From assembly GCA_949093475.1 (NCBI GenBank), contig CARXAY010000001.1:1-27696 (forward strand): a DNA stretch of 27,696 nucleotides, written 5' to 3'. This document shows, piece by piece, positions 1 to 9,000 of the stretch (positions are counted from its first letter, which is position 1; every line of letters starts with the position of its first letter). The translations under genes were made by a program, and so were the position numbers. The notes beneath the pieces were generated by a model. That model saw only the letters and a program-made list of their open reading frames with translations, searched no databases and was not told the DNA's origin. The stretch comes from an uncultured Oscillospiraceae bacterium. GTDB taxonomy: Bacteria; Bacillota; Clostridia; Oscillospirales; Oscillospiraceae.

Positions 1-3000
1 CGCCACAACGCCGTCAACGGTCTGGCCCTGCTTGACCAGTTTATCCATGAGGGTCTTCTTGCCACCCTCCTTGAGGGTCTCGGCGGCCCATGTATGCGCC
101 TCGCCGCCCGCGCTATAGGTGGCGTCGGTGTCCGGCTGGTTGTTGTTCAGCGCGTCGTCCATCAGCCAGTGGTGCTGAACCTTGAACGTGCCCTTGACAT
201 CCTCCGCCGTCACGCGCCGGATGGTGATAGGCTTGATCTCGATGTTCAGGGTGTAACCCACGGTGGGGCCCTTGGCGGGGGTCGCCGGAGCTTCCACCGG
301 GCGGCCGTCCACGGAGGTAAAGTCCAGACGGTAGGTCACGTCGTCGGCGTTCTCCAGCTTGTCGGTAATGTGGATGGTGACCTTACGGGCCTCGCCGGGC
401 TGGAGGGTGAACTCCGCGCCCGTGCCGGTGGCGTCGGTGGTGAGGGCCTCCGGGGTCGTCAGCGTCGTCTCCGTGCCGTCGGCGGCAACGGTGTGGGTGT
501 ACTTAAAGGTCACGCCGTTGGTATCCGCGCCGTTGGTCAGGGTGACCGCCGCAAAGGTCGTATCAGCCGCCGTCAGCCCCTTCTTCGTCAGGACGGACTT
601 CAACTTCAGGGTGGTGTTGCCCGTGTTGGTCACGGTGACCACTTTGTCGATCGGGTCATAGTTGAAGACGATCAGGTCTTTCGAGGGCGTCTCGTCAGTA
701 CCCGCCGTGTGGGCCGTACGCACGGCCACGTCGGTGCGGGACACATCGCCGGTGTCATGGTTGTTGTCGCTGTCCGTCAAGCGGGTCTGCCGCAGGGTCG
801 CGGCCACGTAGATGGTGAACTGGTCAGCCACCGTGGCGTTGGGGGTCTGGGCGGTAAGCTCGGCCAGCGTGACTTCGCCCGCCTCCGCATCGTTCAGATG
901 CCCCAAGGGCCAAACTTTGTCCGCGCCGCCGTTCCAATGGCCCTTGTGGGTGCTGTCGCTGGCCTCAACGGAGTTCAGCTTATAAGTGCCACGGGGCACA
1001 ACGAAGGAGACAACGCCGTTGTTGAAGCCGCTCAGGGTGATAGACGTGTGGTTGTACTTGACCGCCGCGTCACCCTCGCCCTTGGTGAGGGTTGCGGAAG
1101 CCACCTTACCGCCGGTGGGGCTGCCCGTGTTGTTCACGTCGCGGATGATACCCGTGAGGGTGTAGGTATTCTGGGTCAGGCGGCCGGAGATGGTCAGCAC
1201 GCCGGTCAAGTTCTGGGAATGTTCATACCCGACGGAGACGGCGGTGGTGCTGGTCTGCACCTTGTTTGTGCCGGTCACGTCGGTGTAATCCCCTGTCGCA
1301 CCCTTGTTCATCCACGTCAGGTCATAGTCCTGCTCCCAGCCGACATTTTTACCTTCCAGCTTATTGGCATTCGCCTTCACGTGCGAACCCTGCAAAACGC
1401 CGTTGCCGCTGGGGATGGCCGTGTCGTTGCCGGTCTTGGCGCTGAAGGTGGGCGTCGCGTCAAAGGTCTCGCCGGGAGCACCGGACGCCGCCGTCGCGTC
1501 GGCAATGTTGTTTTTCGCGCTGGTCTCCTTGCTCACGGCCTCCGTGGTCACCGTGTAGTAGTAAACATCGGCGGTGTTGGTTGTGCGGGTGATGGTCGTG
1601 GGGGTATTACCGCCCAAGATGAGGTAGTGGGTCTTGTCGCCCTCAACCTCTTGGACGTACACATGATAGGTCTTCTTCGCGTTCAGGTTAGAATCTTCAG
1701 TGTGATATTTCTTGTCCGTCGCGCTGTAGTTGGCGGGGATGGCCTTGCTGCCGGTCGCGGCGGGGTCTGCCGGGAAGGTTTCCGTGCTGGCGGCATCCCA
1801 CAAATAGACCGTGTAGTTGTCCTTCTGGGCCTCTTGGATCAGGTGGTCGGCATCCGTTCCGTCCTCATAGACGCTGACGGTCGCGTCATAGTCCACCGAA
1901 ATGGCGTTGGTGATGACGGCGCCCTGCGCCACATCGGAACTGTCATCCACCCAGACCAGCGCAAAGACATACTTACCCTTCAACGTGTCGTTGCTGGCAA
2001 TGCTCAGGTTGTCGGCGGTCTGACCATCCAGCTTCTTAATGCCATAGGTGGCCGTCGCGTTGGTCAGGAACGCTTCGCCCTTCTCCATGGCGGTCTTCGC
2101 ATTCGCCGTTCCCGCAGGGTCGTCCTTAAAGACGGTCAAACCGCTGCTGCCCTCGATTTTCCGCACGATCTCTTTGTCGGAATAGTACCACTGGTAGAGC
2201 AGGTCAGCCTTGGGTACGTTGGTGACGGTGTGATCCTCGTAGCGCACCGCGTTACGATCCTCTTCGTCCACGTTGGCGGTGGCGCTACCGTGGATAACAT
2301 CGTCAGGCGTCTCGGGAAGCTCGCCGTCCTTCACCTGAATGTCCACCTTGGTCAGATCCTGCTTGGTGGCCTTGATGGAGAATGCGCCGGTTTTCGTCCA
2401 GCCCGTATAGTTGATCTTGTGACCTGCCGCACCCAATGTATACACAAAGGTGGCGGTATAGGACGCAATGTCCAGACCCTTGAGGTATGCCTCGTCAAAC
2501 TCAAAGGTGGTCGTGCCGTCCGCGTTGGCGGTCACCGTATAATGGGTGTTCTCCGTGAGCTTAGTTCCTTTGTTTGTGGAGGTCAAGTCCGCAGTCTTGA
2601 CCACCCAAACCTCCGTGGGCGTCTGGCCATTATTGGGCGTCCAGAGCATCTTCTTCAATTCGCCGCTTCCTGCGACGCTCTTGGTGGCATCCGCCTTGTC
2701 GTATTCCCAGCCGTCCTTGGAGATCGCGCCGGCCTGCCAAAGCTCCAGCTCCAGAATGCTGTCTTGCTCCGGCGTAAAGGTGTCCTCGGCCAGATAGCCG
2801 ATCACGCCCTCGCCGCCCAAAGTCTCATTGTTGGCAAACTTGCCCTTGCCGTTGTCAGCCTTGATCGACCACTGCGCGAAGGCATAGTCAACGCCGGTCA
2901 CCGTGCCCTTGATATACGCACTCGATCCTTTGTCCACATTGACTTCGATTTCAGTATACGTCGTCGCAGCTGCATTTTTCTTTTGTTTGGCCTCCGCATA

Positions 3001-6000
3001 CGAGCCCAAAGAGCTATCCTTCAACTGCACCTTCACCTTATACTGCTGCACAAAGGTAGCGGTGAGGGTGAGCTGGTTGCCCGTGGTGATCTTGAAGCTG
3101 CCATCGTCATTTGTCGCCGTCAGCGTTGCCTCGTTGGGCAGCTTGTAGGTCTCCTGCTCCTGCGTCGTCGTATGGGCGAACTCGCCGATGGTGATGGGCG
3201 TGGGCGTTGTCGCGCCGTCGTTCGGCCCGGTCTGCTCCCACTTGTCGAAGCGGAAGTGGGTCTTGTTGTTGTCGTCATACGCCCCGGCAATAATGTCGAT
3301 GGTCTGCACGCCGTTGTTGGCGGACTCCACAGTCTTGGCCAAGTAAATCTTGCTGGCCGTGCCGGTCGAGCCGTTGGGCATGGTCGAGCCAAAGCCGACC
3401 TTGTTTACGACCGCCCCTGCGTTCGCCGGATTGACCGCCAAATTGACGTGGTAGTAGTTGATCGTCTTCTCAAGGTTGGCCTGAAGCTCCTTCTTTTCCT
3501 CGTCGGTCGTGGCGGGGTTGCCGTCAGCCTTGATCCCCTCCGCCTGCTTGGCGGTAAAGTAGATGTCCTTGGCGATCTCGGTGTAATCGTTATCGCCCAG
3601 TGTCGCGTCCAGATCCACGCCGTTGACGTAGATCTTATAAGTCACCTCGGGCGATGCCTTGGTCACAACGCTTTCGGGAATGGTAAAGACGCCGGTCTGG
3701 TTTCCATCCTTCTCGTCAAACAGCTCGATGGTCTTGCCGTCGCTGCCGCGCAGCTCCACCTTCAAATCTTCGTTCTTATACTCCGTGTTGTCCAGCTTGA
3801 CCGTGACCTTCACGTTGTAGGTCGCGGCCTTCACCACGGCCTTCAATGCCGCGCTGTCCTTGGCGGGGACGAAATAGACGGTGGTGGTCGTGTTGTTGGC
3901 GGCAGCAGCGACGGCAACCTCCGTATCAGGATCGACCGCGCCGTTCTTCACGCCGGTGTAGAGTTTGCCGTCAGCGGCGGTAAAGTCCCAGCCGATGAAC
4001 GTCTCGCCCACAGCCTTCTGGAACTCCACTTTCACATAGGTCTGCTCATCTACCTTGCTCATGGTCACGCTCTGGGCCGCGTTTGCGGGCAGATCGGAAG
4101 TGCCAAGCCCCTGCTTCTCGGTGACGTTCACCTTGGAGGTGGCCGGCGTGGTTTTATCCTCCTTCACCGCGCTGACGGTGAGGTCGTACTGCCGCAGGAA
4201 GTAGGCGGTGACGGTCACGTCCGCCTGCATGCCGTCATCCCCACCAATCGTCAGATTGTTGGGGGTCTGTGTGCCGGTATTCGTGGCGATGGCGGCGGTC
4301 ATGGTCTTGCCTGCGGGAGCGGTAAAGGCCGCGTTCCACAGGATCTCGTCATAATTGTCAGTAGCGGCGTTATCCTTGTTGTAGAGACGGAACACGGGGT
4401 TCGTATCCCCCACGGCCGCAGTCAGGTTCACCTTGGTCTCGTCAGTTGCCTCGGTGGTGGTCGTCGCGCCGATGGGCAGATAGACGGAGGTCGCGCTCGC
4501 GCCGGTGGCATTCGCGCCCAGCTTGACGTAGGCTTTGCCGTCCGGGGTCAGAGTACTGTCCTTCTTGTCCTCCTGCTCCACAGTGACCTTGAAGATCGTC
4601 ACATCCACGTCTTCCCCAGCGTCATCCTTATCAAAGGTGACCGTGGAGGGGAAGCCGTTGACAATGATGGTATAGGTCTTCTCCGGATCGAGGCCGGAGG
4701 CCGTATACCGCCCGGTGTGGTCGCCCGTACCTGCGGTCTCCTTGTTGACGGTAGTGGTGGTCGTGCCATCGTTGATCTCCACCTTGGTCACATCGGTGAG
4801 GTCAGTCTTATACTTCGTCACGATGGTGGTGGTGAAGGTGTAGACGGGCTTAATGTGGAGGTCTTTGTCGTCCCCGGTGGTGGGCGCAGTATACCCCTTC
4901 ACCAGCGCGAATGTGCCGTCCGCCGTGGTGGTCGTGGTGGACGTGCCGTGATTGGTGGTATCCAGATCGTCGGTATTGGTGGGGCTGGCCGACTTCTTGG
5001 ACAGCCACTTCGACCATGTATACCCGCTCTTCTTGTTCAGGTCGACCGTGGCGGCAACCTCAGCCTCGGTAACGATGCGCGTTTTGGCTTCGCTGCCCGT
5101 CTGGGCCTGAAGGGTGGGGGTATAGGTCGCGGTGGTGTCGTTCCCCGCGCCGCGCTCGATCACAACGCCGAACAGCGGCTCGCGCACCACGGCCTTGTCC
5201 TTGGTCGTGTCGCCGGTGGCGTCGATGACCGGCGCAACGTCAGAGGACTTGTCATCGCGGCTGGCTTCCTTATAGTACACGCCGCCGTCCACGGTCTCCA
5301 CGCGCCACCAAGGCTCGTTGGCCTCGGGAACGCCCTCGGCCGCCCACAGCGTCTTTGCCTCGACATACTCCACCGTCACGCCGGCAACCTCTGTCTCGCC
5401 GTTTTTGGCCGTGACCAGCTTCACACTCTTGATGTTGTCATCATCCGCCGCCGCTGTGCCATAGGCGTCACCATTCACCGTCAAATAGAGGTAGGTGTTG
5501 TACTTATCCTTGGTGAAATAGGCCGTATGCTCCTGCGGCCCGCTGGTGATCGCCGCCGCCGTCGCCGGATAGGGGTTGGCAGTCAGGTTGGTGTTGTCGT
5601 CCCAATTAGCGAAGCTGTAGTTGTCCGCCGCGTTGTACGCCTGCCACTGCACCTTCGTGCCCGTCAGAACTGTGGCGGTGAACGAAGTGGTCGCCCCGCT
5701 TCCGCCCTCATTCTTATAGTCCGTGTGGCCCAACTCAGCCGTGCTGTTGTCAGCCTTGACCCAGACCAGCTTCGCGTTGCCCCGGGCGTCGGCGGCAGTG
5801 CCGCCATCCTTGACAAACGTCTTCGCAGTGACATCATAGTAGTCCACATAGACCGGATCGGGGTCGGCCTTCGTGGCGGTAAAGGTGGTGGTATAGTCCC
5901 CGCCGACATAGCCGGTGCGGCTGGCCGTGATGGAATAGGCCACACCCTGATCCACCGTGGCGGTATATGTGCTGGTGCTGCCCGCTTGGGTCACGTCAGC

Positions 6001-9000
6001 GCTCGTCACCGTCAAAGTGTAGGGATTATCCCCTGTATAGGTGTCCTGCACTCCGTTTTTCCGGAAGGTCACAATCAGCGTGGCGATCTTGCGGCCAAAG
6101 CGGGCGCGGAGATGATGGGCGGCGGTGGCCGTACTGGGGACAGCGGCCGTCGCAATATCTACCCACTTCAGTTCGCCGTCCACCGTCTGCTGCGTCTGCC
6201 AAGACTTGAACTCATAATGGGTCTCCGGATTGGCCGTCCCCCAAGAGATGGTGTGGCCATTCTCCACGATGTGGCTGTCGGAGGACTTAGCCGGCGTGGC
6301 CGTATAGTCGGTCGCGGCGGTGCGGTCACCGTCCTTGGTGGACGCGTTGCCGTGGCCGGTGGTCTCCACGGTGATCGTCCAGTACTTGACCTCGCGGGTC
6401 AAGACGGCCTTTTGCTCGGCGGTCGCATCCTCCTTGATCGCCGCTTCGGCCTGCTCTACGGTAAAGGAGATCGTTACAGAGGTGGCCTCCGGGTCGCCGC
6501 TGCCCGCAAGCCCGTTGGTGTAGACCGTATAAGTTTTCCCGGCTTCAACTTCCACGGTATACGTCCCGCCCGTGGTCGCGCTCTCCGTGGTCTGGTGGAC
6601 GTTGCTCCCTTCGCGCAGCTCCACATCCAGCCCGGTGTAAGGCTCGCCGTCTTTCAGCACAGTGATCGTGACCGGATACGGCTTGGTCTTCACCGCGGCG
6701 GTGATGGTGCTGTCGGCGGAGGGCTTGAAGTAGAAGCTCTCCACCGCCTTGGTGGGTGCGGTGGTTGCCCAGTCCGTCCACGTCGCGCCCTCGGCGTCGG
6801 GCGTAGTGCCAACATACCACTTGCCCGCACCGCCATTCGACAGCGTCCAGCCGTCCAAGGTCTCGCCCGCGCTGCGGTTGAATGTCACCTTCACATACTT
6901 CGTGTTGTCGATGGTCTTGGTGCTGGGGCTGTCCTTCGTGCCGTCGCCGGAATCCTTGTCCGTCAGCGTAGCGGTGGAGCTGACGCTGGCGGAGTCCACG
7001 GTGCTCTTCACCGTCCACTGCTGGGTAAAGTACGCCGTGGCGATGATGTTGCCCGTAATGGGATTGGGCACAGACAGCGTGGGTGCAGCGATCTCATCGC
7101 CGCTCAATGCGCCGATCGTATCCCCAGTGGTCAACTTCCAAACCTTTCCGGCCGCGTCGCCCAAGCGGTAGCCGTTGGCGGTATTGGCTGTCGCCGTGAT
7201 CGTCCAACCGGCGTAGGTCGCGCCGTTGGGCATGGTGGTGCTCAGCTTGCTTGTGGTGGTCAGGGCCACTGTGCCCCCTGTGGTGGTGGCTACGCTCACC
7301 GTCCACATGGGTACTTTTTTCACCTTTTCAATGGCCGTCACGGTCTTGTCCGACTTATGGCCGTTCACCCAAATGGCGTATTCCGTGCCGATGGTCAGGC
7401 CCGTCACCGTCCACTTGCCCTTATCAGCGCCCTCGGCGGTGATCTTGGTGGGCGTGCCCACGGTGGTGTTCGTATTCGTCGCGTCCTTAGCGGTGAGAAC
7501 GACCGTGTTCACGTCGCAGACCGTGTCGGTATTGCCAACGGTGGGAACGATGGTAGCGATATAGGTAAACGTCGGGGTGAGGGTCACCTCGCTGGTCGTT
7601 TTCTTGGTCAGCTCAAAGGTGGCGTTGTCAAAGTCCACCGCTTCGCTGTTGGCCGCGCCGGTCACCGTCCAGCCAGAATGGGTATAGCCGGTCTTGGTGT
7701 CAACGGCCAAATTGGTGATGTCCGTGCCAACCTCCACGATGGCACGGGTCAAGTCGTTCGTATTGTTGGCGGTCATGTCGGCTTGAGAGTTCTCGTAGGT
7801 CGACTGCGCCGCAGTTTTCACCACGAACAGCTCTTCGACTGCCGTGCCGCCGTCGCCTTCGCCGGGCACGGTATAGTCGCCGTTGCGCGTGGTGATAGTC
7901 CAAGTGCCGTTGTTCCCCGCCACATTCGTGACACCGTGGGCCACCCAGACTTTGTTCGTCTCGTCGTAGGAGATCTTCCCGTCACCAGTACCAATGGTAT
8001 ATGTGTTCGCGCCCACCGTCAGTTTGATATTGGTGATGTCGGCATTCGTTGCCGCCACGGGATCGCCTGTCAGCTTCAGGTTCAGCTTCGTGTCATACTT
8101 CGGTTTGGTGAAGAACGCGGTCAGCGTGATATCCTTGTCCACGGTGGTGACCTGCGCGCTCTGCGTGGTCGGCGCGGCCAAGGTGTCCTTGTCGCTGGAT
8201 TCCCACTTGCTCCAAGCATAGTTGCTGCCGGAGGGGAACGCCTTCACCATGGCCGTTCCCCCGGACAGCGCAACAATGGACGTAGTCGTGCCCTCCCCGG
8301 GCGCGGTTTCTCCGTAGGCTACCCCCGCCGTCGCCCCAGAGTCCTTGGACGTATCCGCCGCGACGGTCAACGTATAGTAGTTGACGTCCTTCTCGATCGC
8401 GGTGGCATTGGGCACGGTAAAGCTGCTCACCTGCTTATATGTCGAACCTGTCGCGTTGGTCGTAGCCCAAATATAATAAGTGGTCTCGCCCGCTTCCAAG
8501 CTCGCGGTAAAGGTATAATCGTTGGTCTCGGTCAGCGTGACCGGGTTGGTGGTCTCGTTTTTATCGCTGGTGGTCAGCTTGATCTCTTGGCCGTAGTCGG
8601 TGAAGTTAGCGGCAGCGTCACCCTTCTTCACATGGATGGTCACCGTCGCCTTTAACTTCTTAAAGAGCGCCTTTTGGCTCTTCACCGTATCTGTGCCCAC
8701 GGTGGCGGTAATGTCGTTGTGATTCGCCCCGCCGTCCCACTTGTCTGCTTCATAGTAGTCGTTCGCCTGACCAAAGGCCCACGTCACCGACGTGCCCTCG
8801 ATCACGACGATGGAAGCCGCCGTCGCGTTGGAAGCTTCCGCGGAGGTCTTGCCGTCCACCGCCAGAGCCGTCTTGGTGTTGGCGGTCACCGTGGCCTTGC
8901 CGTTGCCGTCGGTGGACACGGACACTGTCCAATACTGCACCGTCGCTTCCTTTTCCGCCCCGGCAGTGATTTCAATATCCGTTCCCGTGTCGTTACCGTT

